Positions 13,872 to 26,479 of a DNA stretch of 64,000 bases are shown one piece after another. Under the pieces are notes generated by a model that had not been told where the DNA came from, did no database searches, and was given only the letters and a program-made list of their open reading frames with translations. The position numbers and the translations under genes were made by a program. The DNA comes from Octopus bimaculoides. Taxonomy: Eukaryota. Each line of letters starts with the position of its first letter. Within the stretch, counting starts at the first letter, position 1. The stretch spans positions 13,697,222 to 13,761,221 of the forward strand of contig NC_068987.1 of NCBI RefSeq assembly GCF_001194135.2, read 5' to 3'.

Positions 13872-14240
13872 ATGGGCTGTGTAGTTAAAAGCTCACTTTG
13901 CATTCACACGGTCTCAGGTTCAATTCCACTATATGGTACCTTGAGCAAATGTCTTCTACTGTAGCTTAAGGCAAACCAATGCTTCGTGAATAAATTTGGT
14001 AGAAAGAAACTTGTGGAAGCCTATCATGTGTGGTGTGAGTGTGTTCCCACCACCACTTGACAACCAGTGCTGGTTAGTTTATGTCCCTGTAACTTAGCAA
14101 TTCAGCAAACAAGACCAACAGAAGTACCAGATTAAAAATAAATATTGCGGGATCAATCCATTCAACTCAAACCCTTCAAGGAAGTACCCCAGCATGGCTG
14201 CAGTCCAATGACTGAACCAAGTAAAATGAAAAATCAAAAG
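13872..14240 (+). mobile_element. CORE-type SINE, full length
   Basis: tRNA-like head (gctgtgtagttaaaag...ggttcaattcc), CORE gtaccttgagcaaatgtcttctactgtagc and the family 3' tail. Confidence 0.8.
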
Positions 14241-14359
14241 ACCAAAGACCACCTAAAAGCCATCAGCTGTGCGGTCACCCAGAAACGTGGAAAGTTTTTA
14301 GAGAAAGTACAAGGCCCACAAAGAAAACCTTAATGACCTATATGTAGATTGTGGCCCAC

Positions 14360-14409
14360 CTGTTGCCTTGCTCCGACTTGATCAAACACTGCAGGATACT
14401 AGCTCTTAT
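14360..14409 (-). CDS. Candidate internal exon, 50 nt, IRASILQCLIKSEQGN
   Basis: Acceptor gtgtatttcag, donor CAG|GTGGGC, single open frame, local CpG retention. Confidence 0.3.
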
Positions 14410-14737
14410 CTGAAATACACATATACCAAAGTAGTTATAATAATTGTCTTATTCAGTTCAGACTCTATGTTAGTTTAATAGTGACTAATCAACATTTGTC
14501 TTCAGACATTAGAAGTTACCAAGCACAGATTGAACCAACCACCACCGAAAACACTGACCGTATAAAAATATCCAGGACAACAACAAATTGTATGCTTTGT
14601 AACCCAAGTTTAATACACTGTATACCAAACAAATAATCGTTGCATAACTAAGTAATTCTTATATCATTGCTATGCTTCAGTTGACTGAGTGTCACGCCAG
14701 AGTTGAATGAACAAGTAGACATGACACATTCTTTCCA

Positions 14738-15180
14738 GGTGAAGCTGTGTGCTAAGAAGTTTGCTTCCTGGCCACATGGTTCTCCGTTCAGTCCAACTGC
14801 AGGGCACCTTAGGCAAGTGGCTAAACATCGTTTGTCTTCTCGATATTAGGAGTTATCATGCACAGATTGAACCAACCCTTACTGAAAACACCGACCTTGT
14901 GAGTGGATTTGGTAGACAGAAACTGGAAGAAGCCCATCGTGTGTGTATATATACATGTGCGTGTGTGTGTATGTACATATCTTTATGTCTGTGTTTGCCC
15001 CACCACCACCATCTGACAACTGGTGTTGGTGTGTTTATGTCCCCATAGCTTAGTGGTTCAACAAAAGAATAAGTAACAGGTTTTAAAAAAAAAGAATAAG
15101 TACAAGGGGTGATTCATTTGACTAAAAATTCTTCAAGACCAGCACCCCAGCATAGCTGCAGTTAAAAGACTGAAACAAGT

Positions 15181-15182
<2 letters not shown>
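14738..15182 (+). mobile_element. CORE-type SINE variant with an internal insert
   Basis: Standard head, CORE and tail plus an extra ~45 bp block (gttatcatgcacagattgaaccaaccc...aaaacaccgacc) that also occurs at about 14515-14559. Confidence 0.75.
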
Positions 15183-15235
<53 letters not shown>

Positions 15236-15631
15236 AGATTGGTATGCTATTTGAACAAATGGCGGAAATTAGAAAGCATTTCGTATTTTGAATTTCAATT
15301 TGAATGAAATAAAAACACAGGATGTGTTGGGGGTGGGTGCTCTCCTCAACCCCTACTCATTACCATCACTCTCCTACCTTCCATCTGACTCATAGTTTAT
15401 CATGGACATACCCCTCCACCTCCTAGACCCATGTTCATCATTCAACACATACACACTCCAACCCCATTTTTCACTTTCCTTCACTCTCTCATTATACTCT
15501 TGCTGTCTCTATCCAGCCTTCATTCCTGTTCTTCCATTCTCGTATACAGTGTGAGCAACCATGTATCTCTTCTACAGCAAGAAACTTGTTCTGAGCCCTT
15601 CTATCATATACTAACCTTTCATCACCTAGCA

Positions 15632-15885
15632 CAATGGTTCTCAACCATTCTTTTCCTATGGACCCCTTTGATTCCAATCTTCTGGACCACCATAGCCATT
15701 TGTTGTATATAGAAAAAAAATAATGCTGTATTTTCATAATTAAATATTAAGAATTATTGAAAAAAAATTAGAATACTTTGTGTATTGTAGAAGTATAACC
15801 AATTTATTGCGCATGAATTTTAACATCTAATCTTATACAGACCCTCAAGGGACATGTGGATGTGGACCCTGGTTGAGAATCACTG
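15632..15885. mobile_element. hAT (Charlie-like) MITE
   Basis: TIRs caatggttctcaacc and ggttgagaatcactg; 8-bp flanks acctagca/atctagta (6/8 match, CTAG core). Confidence 0.75.
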
Positions 15886-15954
15886 ATCTAGTATAAAACT
15901 ACCTTGTTCTCTCTCCTGTGGTCCCACTCAGTTGAGGAGATCTTACTTTTGTGA

Positions 15955-16155
15955 GCTACATGGTGACCTCACCAGTGCTGGTGCCATGAAAAAACGCTCC
16001 CAGTAAGCTTTATTAAGTGGTTAGCATTAGAAATGGCATCTAGCTGTAGAAATCATGCCAAAGCAGGAATTGGAGCATAATGCAGTTCTCTGACCCCTTG
16101 GATCCTGTCAAACCATTCAACCCATGCCAGCATGGAACATGGCTGATGATGATAC
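15955..16155 (+). mobile_element. RTE-tail element fragment
   Basis: ggtgacctcaccagtgctggtgcc...ttagcattagaaatggcatctagctgtagaa...aacccatgccagcatggaa followed by gatgatgat. Confidence 0.7.
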
Positions 16156-16741
16156 ACACACACATGTATAAACACATACACACATATGTACATATACATA
16201 CTCACACACACATACAAACAGATAATTTTATCATAATCGTTGTTACTTTTCTTTTGATTCCAACAAAATAAAAATAATCACCAACTTTAAAAATAATAGG
16301 GTGGGGTGGGGGGTCAATAAAATAAATTAAAGTAACTAAAATGTAGGCTGGTCAGCTCATTTCAGAATTAAAGAAATTATATATAAATATGAGAAAACAA
16401 AACCCTTTTATTTCATGTACATATTACAGTGTTACCTGAAATGAACATGATCAAATGAAATGCACCAATTCTCAGTAAACTGAATCTACTGAACAAGTAG
16501 AACTGCGATGAGATTAATGTATTTATAATGATTCTTGAACTTTATAAATAAATTTAGACAGTTACATAAATCACTGAGACAGAAAAACATCTAAGTTTGC
16601 AAAGTTGTCAAGGATAATATAAATTGGTAGATATCAGGGCTTTAAAAATTGCCATACAAATTGTGTTTTTAATGGTGACTAACTGAGGAAAAGCCATGTA
16701 ACATGTTAAGAACATGTATATCAGCTATTGTGTTTTTAGCC

Positions 16742-17103
16742 CAGGGGTCCTCAACCATTTTGTATCTATGGACCCTTTTGATTACTATTTTATTCTGGTG
16801 AACCCCCATAGCTATTCGATGTTTAAAAACTAGTCTTATAGAAACTTCTTTCAAATACTTGTTTGTTTGTTTTTTTGTTTTTTCAGGCATTAACTTGTGT
16901 AGGTTGACCTATGTAAAATGTTGGAGGAAGAAACCTAGCTATTTCTTGCAATGTATACCAATACACACATCTAAAGCAGAATTTTTTGAAGAACCATTAA
17001 AATACTATTGTGGATCTCAAATTTATTATTTTGTTGTGTAGACCCCCCACAAAATCTTACATGGACCTTCAAGGGCCATATGGACCCCAGTTGAAAACCG
17101 CTG
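16742..17103. mobile_element. hAT MITE, same family as 15632
   Basis: TIRs caggggtcctcaacc and agttgaaaaccgctg; flanks ttttagcc/attaagcc (6/8); shared internal tatggacccyt. Confidence 0.75.
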
Positions 17104-17368
17104 ATTAAGCCCTTTTACTGCAGAAATCAGTTTTATATACCAATCTATCTTTTACTGAGGAATGTCATGTTTGAAGCTATTTTTTGTTGAGATATGTCAA
17201 GTTTACTGAGCCAATAACATGAAGAAAATACCAATTCTAATTTTTTGGTGGATACTTAATATCATTACCGGAATGACTAGGAATTCTTTTTAACCCTTTA
17301 AGTGCAGAATTAAAATTCCAACATTACACTACATCTGTTTCAAAAGACCTCTCAAGTAGGTATCTCAC

Positions 17369-17461
17369 CTAAAAATACCAATGGTGTTAAAACTAGAAAA
17401 TAATCCAAGAACAAAACCAGTAGAACAATGCTGTACTGTAGACTCGTTCCTTCTACGATCA
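17369..17461 (-). CDS. Candidate symmetric exon, 93 nt (xIVEGTSLQYSIVLLVLFLDYFLVLTPLVFL or xDRRRNESTVQHCSTGFVLGLFSSFNTIGIF)
   Basis: Acceptor tgtctttctttctaag, donor TAG|GTGAGA, length divisible by 3, two open frames, CpGs retained. Confidence 0.35.
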
Positions 17462-18104
17462 CTTAGAAAGAAAGACAACAAAACGTTGATGGTGACTGTA
17501 GAACACTTCTTAATTGCTGTAATAAAGAAAGTAGAATTCACTCAAAGATGGTGTATGTTACAATATGGCACCTTCCAAAAAAAGATCAGCTGATCAAAAT
17601 AAAGGTTAATGGTTTGATCAATCTTTTTGTACTACACTGTAGGTGGTATATTGCCTGTCTGACAGGTCATAAGATAAAACAGCATCTACACTCAAGTGGT
17701 GGTGGTGGCGACAGTGGCAGCAATGGGGAAGGGGGTAGGGGACTGCTGCTTATATTTTGCAGGAGATATAAGCCATATCAAATAAAATAATGCAAAAAAT
17801 GTATCAAGATAGTGTAACCTAAATCAGAATCTATCTCAGAAGATAAAACGAAGATATTCAAATTTAAGTCTAGATGATAATGATGATGACGACGACGATG
17901 ATGGTGATGATGATGATGAGGCTATCAGAGCTAGAAGACATGTTAAAAACCAGAGACTTGTTTCATAGCAATAAACTAAATGGTGAAGTTTGTTGATCTG
18001 AACAGAAATAATCTCTAATCTATTACTTTCTGTGTTACAGGCATATTACATGACAGACAGCAACCCATGCAAGCATATAGAAAGTGAATATTGGTTACAA
18101 ATTT

Positions 18105-18305
18105 CGGCACAAGGCCAGAAATTTCAGAGGAGGGGGTTAAGTTGATCACATCACCCCAAGAGCTCAACTGGTCCTTATTTCATTGACTCTGAAGGGATGA
18201 AAGACAAAGTAAACCTCAGTGGAATTTGAACTCAGAATGTAAAAAGTGACGAAACGCTGTTGAGCATTTTACCTGGCATGCTAACCATTCCACCAGCTTG
18301 CCACC
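18105..18305 (-). mobile_element. Meta-domain-type SINE
   Basis: ggcacaaggcc tail, gatgaaagacaaagt...atttgaactcagaa and the head ccagcttgccacca, read on +. Confidence 0.8.
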
Positions 18306-18794
18306 ACAGGAAAAAAATTAATACGAAAATGTTGATGGTGTATTTGTGTTGGGGTACACATGTGCACACACATCTGTATTAGTTTACATTTGCACTTCTC
18401 TGAATATTAGTGAGGTTCAAGCAGTGACATTATCATTTCCTTCAACAAATCATACACTGGCTTTGCACTTTTGAAGATATACCCTTACTTGAAATACAGG
18501 TAGGGGTTAGCAACAGGAAATGACATCCAGCTGTAAAGCAATCCCTCAATAATACAATTGTCTGACTTGAGCTAGCGGGAGAAAACAAGTGTAAACAAAA
18601 AGAAAATAAAACAATATTCCCCCTACCTACAGAGTGGGACTTTTGAGGCTCAATTATAGTATGCAGCATTCAAACTTTCATGTAGTTTAAACAAGCATTT
18701 AATTGTAAACTAGAACAAGCAATAACATTGTGACGTGTGTGGCACCAATACAGCACTGGGTGGTCATACTCCCATACAACTTAGAAGTGACATG

Positions 18795-19082
18795 TGTGTG
18801 TTACCTTATGTTTCAGTCATTTGACTGCAGCCATGCTGGGGCACAAGCTGGAAGGGTTTAGTCAAACAAATCAATCCCAGAACTTATTTTTAAGTTTGGT
18901 ATTTATTCTGTCAGTTTCTGTAAGTAAATAAACCAACACCAGTCAAGAGGTGGTGGGGAACACACACAACAAGCTTTAATCAGTTTCTTTTGACCAAATC
19001 CACTCGCCGAAGGTGCCACACAGTGGGACTGAATATAAGCCAACATGGTTGGAAAGTATGCTTCTTAACCACACAGCCACAT
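18795..19082 (-). mobile_element. CORE-type SINE with an internal deletion
   Basis: tttcagtcatttgactgcagccatgctggggcac at the 3' end; aaggtgccacacagtgggactgaa...cttaaccacacagcc at the head. Confidence 0.75.
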
Positions 19083-19829
19083 GAGCACCTATATTGGAAA
19101 ATTAAGAGAAAATGTAGATAATAATGCTGATAATAGTACATAGCAAACCCATAATTCTTGAGAGAGAGAGAGACAGACAGACAGACAGAGAGAGAGAGAG
19201 AGAGAGACAGAGCGTGTGTGCAACTTCCCTGCTAATCTCCAAAGGAATGGGGGAAAGTACACAGCTGTCACCTCAATGCAACTAATGAAACACAAAGTTA
19301 AATTAAATACAAGAGTCCTTAACTGTGTACAATAAATGTTAACATGGCATTTGCATATGGACGTTTTGGTTCCAAAAATTAACTGTTTTGAGTCATAACC
19401 AAATTGTATCTAACTACAATGAACATCTTACAACCAACCTTAAGTGAAAACTAAAAGTTTTGAAGTATATTCCAACAATCACAAGTGAAAGAAAGCTACA
19501 AGAAAAAAAAAACATTAGAAGATGACTTTTGGTAAATACCACTGTAAAGAGTAAAAGATCAGAATATCTTATGTCAGAAACACTCACTGAATTCCTATTG
19601 CCATTTAAAACATTTTTCTTTCTCTTCAGCCGATAGTTAATATGTCAAAAGTCCTATCAAATTAAATTAGTATACCAACTTATTAATTGAAATATCTGAT
19701 TTAATTATGGTGTGTAATTATTTAATAATTTACAAAGAAAATTGCAATGAATGAATGAATGTCTTTTTTTTTTCCCCCACCTCTTCCATCCAAGTAAAAT
19801 AAGCAAATATCTAAGACCAAAAATAAAAA

Positions 19830-20192
19830 AATGGAACTGATTGTGTGGTTTTGGGTTCAGTCCCACTGTGCAGCACCTTGGGCAAGTGTTTTCTACTATA
19901 ACCCCAGGCCAATCAATGCCTTGTGGTGGGTTTGGTAGATAGAAACAGTTTGGAAGCTCATCATGTGTGTGTGTGTGTGTGTGTGTGTGAATGGGAGGTA
20001 GGGAGGAAGAATGTGTGTGCTGTTTGTTCCCCATCAACACTTGGCAGCTGGTATTGGTTTGTTTATGTTCATATAACTCAGCAGTTGAGCTAAAAAGACT
20101 GATAAAATACCAGACTGAGGTCAATCAATTCAACTAAAACCCTTCAAGACAGGGCCCCAGCATGGCTGAAACAAGTAAAAGATATAAAAGAT
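19830..20192 (+). mobile_element. CORE-type SINE
   Basis: gggttcagtcccactgtgcagcaccttgggcaagtgttttctactataaccccagg, internal (GT)n and the family tail. Confidence 0.8.
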
Positions 20193-21399
20193 ACTGAGCA
20201 CCAGTTACAGCAGTAATTTTTCAAATGAGACAATAAACGCCCTTTGGAAGCCTAGAAAATTAGGGAGGAAGAGAGTAGGCATGGGGAAGTGTTGTGAGGT
20301 GTGGTTTGCATAAAAGTTCAGAAGTCTTGTCAAGAAATAATGAGACAGTACTTGGAAGTCCAAGTTCATGGATTTTATAAGTACACACTATTTCATTAAG
20401 AATAAAGGATAGACTAATTAATTTAAACCAGATTTGAATCTTCACTTAACATTGAAGATAAAAGATGTTGGGTAGCACAAAAAAAAAGGAAAGAAAGAAG
20501 AGAGGAAGAGAAGAAAAAAACGAACCTTCTTGTAAATACAATACAGAATGCTAAACTTAAACTAAATTGATCTTTCATACTATGCTTACATTAAATAGAT
20601 AATATTTACATTAAACAAATAAATACCTTTCCTAAAAAGAAAAAATGAACTATTTTTATTATTCTACTTAAGAATAAGAAAAGAAGGATGATAAGCAAGA
20701 CATAAAAAATACTATATATATTAAAAATCTTAATTTAGAAGAGTTATTTTATTAAAAAAAGTTTTATACATTAAGATCCATATTTGGGAGATTTGATGAT
20801 TTAAGATTTTGTTCCGAAAGGGACAAAAACAGTTGAGGGGTGCCAATTTAAGCAATTCCATATATCTACATCTGATCAATCCTGGATTATCTTTTTCATA
20901 AGAGTTAATATTCTCCTCTGATCTAAGCAATTCATGCTGTCTTCTAAGTGTTAAGTAAACTTATTAAACAAACTTTTTAAAATCCTTATAGATTCTCTAC
21001 TTTGAGTAGGTTTTACTATCACATAAGAGTATAACATCATACTTCTTAGGCTACAAATAATGCTTGCCTTTTGTGGTGGGGGGACCATTACAGATTATTC
21101 AAAATAAGCACACACGAACTATGATGATGATGATGAACTAATTGGACTTACTTAAGAAGTACTCACTTAGGGAAGAGAATTTAAACATCTAGAGACACAA
21201 ATTGAAGTAGCTAATAAAACAAAAATGTAACAATAAGCCACTTAAATGAGGCTTGTTGAGAAACCTTTTCAGACAGACAGCCACTTCAGAAAAGGGAATT
21301 TAATCATATGTCAATAGTGTAAACTGTAACCAAAAGCTTAGACCTATGTAATTCAAGGTCAGCCCAACCATTCAGTCATATGGGTCAAATTCAACAAAT

Positions 21400-22030
21400 C
21401 CTTAACTCTCTAGAAACTCTCAAATTCAGAAGTGAATTTCAGAGAATTTGAGATGGATAGCTCAGTCAGTATTATCTGAGAATCTAACACTAAGTTACTA
21501 CCGATCTTAACAATTTCCAGCATCTTCACAATGACCAGCTACAATAACACAGAGATGTTTCTCAAAGAAACAAAAACTTAGCCATCTGTTTTCAATGCTA
21601 ACATTTCGAGAGAGAAACATCTTACAAAACCCAAGCCTCACACTGAACAATGTTCTCCCAGATCAGCAAAGCACAACTTTTTTTTAGGTCAAATCCTCTC
21701 CTTATAAATTTCTCCAAAACTAATTATCTGGATTTGGAGATTCTTCACTGACCAAACTATTTCAGTTAATATTGTCAGTATTTACTCTCAAAGTTAATCC
21801 CATAAATGTTGGTGCCCTTCCAAATAATTAAATTTCTCTGATTAGCCTTCTCTTTATCAATACTTACATTTCAATCACTAGTCACATTATCCATTTTTCT
21901 CCCAATAATGCCTCATTAGCCTCTCAACTTCACGTTCTGCCTATTGCTAACATCGAAAGCTCCTGCCGGTGTTTCACCATAAAAACCAGAACCCGTAATC
22001 TTCAGACTAGTAACACCTAAGTAACATCCA
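21400..22030 (+). mobile_element. Highly decayed LINE 3' region (CR1/L2/Jockey-like)
   Basis: Fragmentary translations (NPSLTLNN...; SQLHVLPIANIE) loosely resemble the C-terminal part of LINE ORF2; many stops. Confidence 0.3.
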
Positions 22031-22061
22031 GCAACAGTATTATAATCCTTTCTACTTTAGG

Positions 22062-22250
22062 CAAAAGGCCTGAAATTTTGAGGGTGGAGGCTAGTCAATT
22101 ACATTGAGCCCATGGCTCAACTGGTACTCATTTCATCAACCCCCAAAAGGATGAAAGACAAAGTTGACCTCAGTGGCATTCAAACTCAGAACATGAAGAC
22201 AAAGTTCCACAAAGCACAGTAACAACTCTGCCAGCCCACCATCTTCTAGC
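22062..22250 (-). mobile_element. Meta-domain-type SINE
   Basis: aggcaaaaggcctgaaattttg tail; ggatgaaagacaaagttgacctc...caaactcagaa. Confidence 0.8.
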
Positions 22251-22370
22251 AACAGTATAGAGGCTATTTATTTCAATAAAGTGCTACACCAAACATCATA
22301 TTCCTTAACCTTTTCAATACCAATCTGTGTGAGACTGCATTTGGTTCTATGAAAGTGTGTGTGTGTTGGC

Positions 22371-22570
22371 ACTCCGACGCATACGACGTCGAGGGTTCCA
22401 GTTGATCCGATCAACAGCCTGCTCGTGAAATTAACGTGCAAGTGGCTGAGCACTCCACAGACATGTGTGCCCTTAACGTAGTTCTCAGGGATATTCAGCG
22501 TGACACAGTGTGACAAGGCTGACCCTTTGAATTACAGGCACAACAGAAACAGGAAGGAAGAGTGAGAGAA
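22371..22570 (-). mobile_element. Young, CpG-rich 3' part of a different SINE, nested next to a CORE-SINE head
   Basis: ggcactccgacgcatacgacgtcgagggttccagttgatccgatcaacagcctgctcgtgaaattaacgtgc with many intact CpGs and an adjacent (GT)n. Confidence 0.6.
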
Positions 22571-22732
22571 ATGGGCTTCTATACAACTTCCATTAACCAA
22601 ATTCACTCACAAGGCATTGGTCAGTCTGAGGTATAGCAGAAGACACTTGCTTAAAGTGCCATGAAGTGGGACTGAACCCAAAACCATGTGGCTGCAAAGT
22701 AAGCTTCTTAACAACACAGCAATGCCAGTGCA
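22571..22732 (-). mobile_element. CORE-type SINE 5' half
   Basis: caaattcactcacaaggcattggtcag...gaagacacttgc...gtgggactgaacccaaaaccatgtgg. Confidence 0.75.
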
Positions 22733-23384
22733 TATCCATCCAACCTCCATCACCACCACTTTTTTAGCTGGATCCTTCACCAAATATTATTTACAATCTA
22801 TATTTCAAATAACCACCTTTCAATGGAACTAACATCAATATTGTTTCCACCAAATACTAAATTACAAATATCACCTAACACTGCTACTCTTTTACATTTT
22901 CCTATCGAAGAGCAATCAGCCACACAAGCCAGGAGTCTTTCTCAGCTTAAATGAACATTATTATTATATCTCTAGCTCTCAACAGGAACCACTAATAATA
23001 CAGGATGCAATATTCTCCTACACATACACATGACCTTTAGTAATAACAACCCTACTATGAAAACCTGCAGCTGGCACTCCACTTCTTACTGCACTCATTC
23101 ACACAGACATTTACTTGGAATAAATACCTGATTACAAAATACTCCTAAACACCCTTTCATACGGCTTAATTCTATAAAAATATAGAACGCTATCCTTTTT
23201 CTAAAAAAAACAATATTGCCACTTGTGAGCACTAGTGTCGTTGGTTATAAGTTTTTATTGGGCTAATCCCCAAAGTTTCACCGCCTTTCTGATGCCAAAA
23301 GTGACATGGGACTGTTGGTGGCTTTTTTTTTGGGGGGGGGGGGTCTTGATGATGTTATTCCCCTTTGCTTATACACAGTAGTAA

Positions 23385-23548
23385 CACACACAGAGTCAGC
23401 TTCCACACAGTTTCTGCCTACTAAATTTTACTCATAAGCTATTGGTCAACCTGAGGTGTAGTAGAAGGCATTGCCCAAGTGTAAGCACAGTGGAGTGAAA
23501 CGCAGAACCATGTGGTCACAAACAGAATCTCTTAATCACATAGGTATG
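23385..23548 (-). mobile_element. CORE-type SINE 5' half, decayed
   Basis: agtagaaggcattgcccaag...cagtggagtgaaacgcagaaccatgtgg. Confidence 0.65.
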
Positions 23549-23707
23549 CCTTGGAAAAGCCCAATATGTTAACACACTATACAGCAACAATGATTGAGTC
23601 ACATTATATGAAAAGTAAAATAATCACTCTGAAAAGCTACTCTGGAAATATAGGGTATCACCTAAAAAGGGATCCTGTAAATGAGTCAAGAGCAAACTGT
23701 GACTCAC

Positions 23708-23861
23708 AGGACTTCATGAATGGTATGCCTAACGAAAAATGACCTTGAATTTCTTGTAACAGTGCAGCCCACTTCTCAAAAAAGGTCACCTGTACCTGTT
23801 CTACATGGTTGCACAACCTGTTAGAAATATCAACTAAATTCCTTACATCACATCTTCCAAT
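23708..23861 (-). CDS. Best candidate coding exon, 154 nt, IGRCDVRNLVDISNRLCNHVEQVQVTFFEKWAALLQEIQGHFSLGIPFMKS; product unidentified
   Basis: Very strong acceptor tttttcctttatttttttaag and donor CCT|GTGAGT. 51 open codons in frame 0, other frames closed early, non-biased amino-acid composition. Confidence 0.45.
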
Positions 23862-24019
23862 CTTAAAAAAATAAAGGAAAAACACATTGATATATGAGAA
23901 ATGGGAATGCTACAACTATAACACTTTTGATCATAGGCCTGGTTGGTCAGAGTTGACTTGAGGTTAAATAATAAATCTTAAAGCAAGACTACAAATACCT
24001 TCTACAGACTGCACTATAG

Positions 24020-24207
24020 GAGTGGTTCTCAACCTTTTCAATATCTGGACCAGATCCATGACTTTTTTTTTTAGGGGGATAGCCCCACCACTGCCACTAC
24101 TACCAAAAAGTGAAAAGCAAAAATTAATTATATTTAAAGAGGGAAGACTGCCAGAAGGATCCTTGGGGGTTGCATTCTACCCTGGGAACAGCAATTGAGA
24201 ACTGCTA
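24020..24207. mobile_element. hAT MITE, decayed
   Basis: gagtggttctcaacc...aattgagaactgcta; flanks cactatag/ctctataa (6/8). Confidence 0.6.
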
Positions 24208-25511
24208 CTCTATAACATGTTATGTAATTTTCCTCAAACTATCAAAACCCTTACCTCAGCACGTGTAACATTAGAATGAACATTATGCTCAATTTGAAGA
24301 AGCACCAAGGCACAGTATTAACTCACTTTTTATTTATATTGTTCTTGAATTTAGAACTAATGAACCACAGAATCAATCAAAGGAGCAGAGGAACTGCAGT
24401 GATCACAAACGACTGAGCTAAGATCAACAGATTTCAAAACAACATATTGGTTTCTAGCTCAGAACATTTACAATATAAGGCAGTGTAGCTTAAAGAAACA
24501 CACAAACAGTTCAAATAAATTAACAGTAGAGCCAATACTTTTGATGTACTTTGTTCAATGGTGCATCTAGCAGTATATACAACATATAACCAAATATTCA
24601 CACTTTTATGATAGTGTTTAACAAAAGCTTTTATCTATGTAATTTAATCAGTAGTCATTGAGTGGTTCTAATTTTGTTCCACCCATGTATAATCAACTAG
24701 TGATTTCATTGCCATGATAACACTATCAGAAGAATAAAGATTAGAGATGAGGAAAGGGTCAAAAGAGTCAGAGAAAATCACAGAACAGTATTTAAAGAAA
24801 ATTGAATGTAGTAATGTCATTAGCAAATGAGACTGATGTTGATCAGGCAGGTTCAAGCTAAAGCATGTGATCCAGTTAGTCCACTGCAATCAGCCACTCA
24901 ACTGATCTCTTCCTGAAGATCAACCAGTGCAACTCTTATTGACTTGGTGCATGCAACATATACAAACAATGCTTCAAAAGAGCAGTAGTGGTTGAACATG
25001 TAGCTTTTTTTATATCCTGAACACACATTTTCTCTTGATACAATTCTCTCAACTACAACATTAAAAAGATTATGAACAGTTTACTCAAACAGATTAAGAA
25101 CATGTTCAGTTCTTTCCAAATGGCTCTAATTTTGTCTCACTCTTCTATGGTTAACTGGGAATATCAAGCCTTGAATCCAAAAAGGAAAAGAACATCTAGT
25201 TAGAGAACCTTCGTTCTAATCAAATATCCTCTGAATCCTAAGCTGCACAAGCAAAACAAACCAGCAAATAGTTTAAAGTATAACTAGTGATGAAGTTTTG
25301 ACACAGTATGCTTAATTCCCAAATGCAACAATCTGATAAATTCTTACAGGCTTAAAAGTTGGAATTTGTTCCTAATCCAAATCCAACAAACAGGTTCAAT
25401 ACAGAATATTCAAATCTAAAACTTAACAAAATAATCTTTAATAAGACGCAAATCACTGGATTTGCAAAAGAAATACATATAAATACATAATAATTTTTTA
25501 AAAAATAAAAA

Positions 25512-25808
25512 GAGGCATGGTTCCAGGTCCAGTCCCACTGTGTGGCACCTTGGGAAAGTGTCTTCTACTGTAGCCACAGGCCGAACAAAGCATTATGAGT
25601 GGATTTGGTAGACAGAAACTGTAAGAAGCCTATCGTATACATACATATGTGTGTATATGTTTGTCCCTCCACCATCCCTTGACAACTGATGTTGGTGTGT
25701 TTACATCCCCATAACTTAGCAGTTCAGCAAAAGATACTGATAGAATAAGTCCTGGGGTCGATTAGTTTGACTAAAGGTGGTGCTCCAGCACAAGTAAAAG
25801 AATAAAGA
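25512..25808 (+). mobile_element. CORE-type SINE
   Basis: ggtccagtcccactgtgtggcaccttgggaaagtgtcttctactgtagcc...ggtggtgctccagcacaagtaaaag. Confidence 0.8.
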
Positions 25809-26479
25809 GATGAAGAGTTTCTTTATGGAAGGTAATTGTAAGTCCATTTTGTAGGTGAGTATTTTAGTTCAAATTCAGTTCTGACCCTTGACGCCTCTCT
25901 CCAAATTGATCAAAAACAAATTTGTGATAACAGTGGGAGATAGAGGACAAAAATAAACATTACTGAGCATACTGAATTTCTGAGTCACTGATTAATATTG
26001 AAACATTCCTCCCACAGACTAAGCGGTCTAACAGCACAGATGAAGAACATCCAACAACAATCTTTTTTTAAAACTAAAAAAATATATGAAGAAAATAGAA
26101 ATTCTATAAGGAAACCAATGTGAATATATCTAATGTCGGATGAAGAACATCAGCAAATCTTTGATGACAACTACCATCTTAACTGAACTTAACTTTGGAT
26201 CCTAGAATAAGTTTATTTCACTTCATGCTGTGAACAATATATTCAGTTTAACAACATTTAACTGTTTCAATACCAACCCATTGGAGATCACCTCTAGTTC
26301 CAGAAAACAAAACCTAGCATTTTTAACGTATCCATATGTAAATTAAAACCATCCATCATAACTTAATGGAAGAATTTTTTATAAAAACATTTTCCTTATT
26401 ATGAAAAGGTAATTTAACGAAGCATCTCCAAGTTCTTGATTATTTTAAAAATTAATTAAAACAGATATAGACACACTGT

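Noticed and set aside
19588-19653. Minus-strand exon-like unit with an in-frame TGA (possible selenocysteine)
   Set aside because: The acceptor is weak, all frames contain stops, there is no redox-motif context, and I found no SECIS.
25139-25240. Minus-strand segment with strong acceptor and donor
   Set aside because: It has stops in all three frames, which shows that splice-like signals arise by chance here and is why the exon confidences are kept low.
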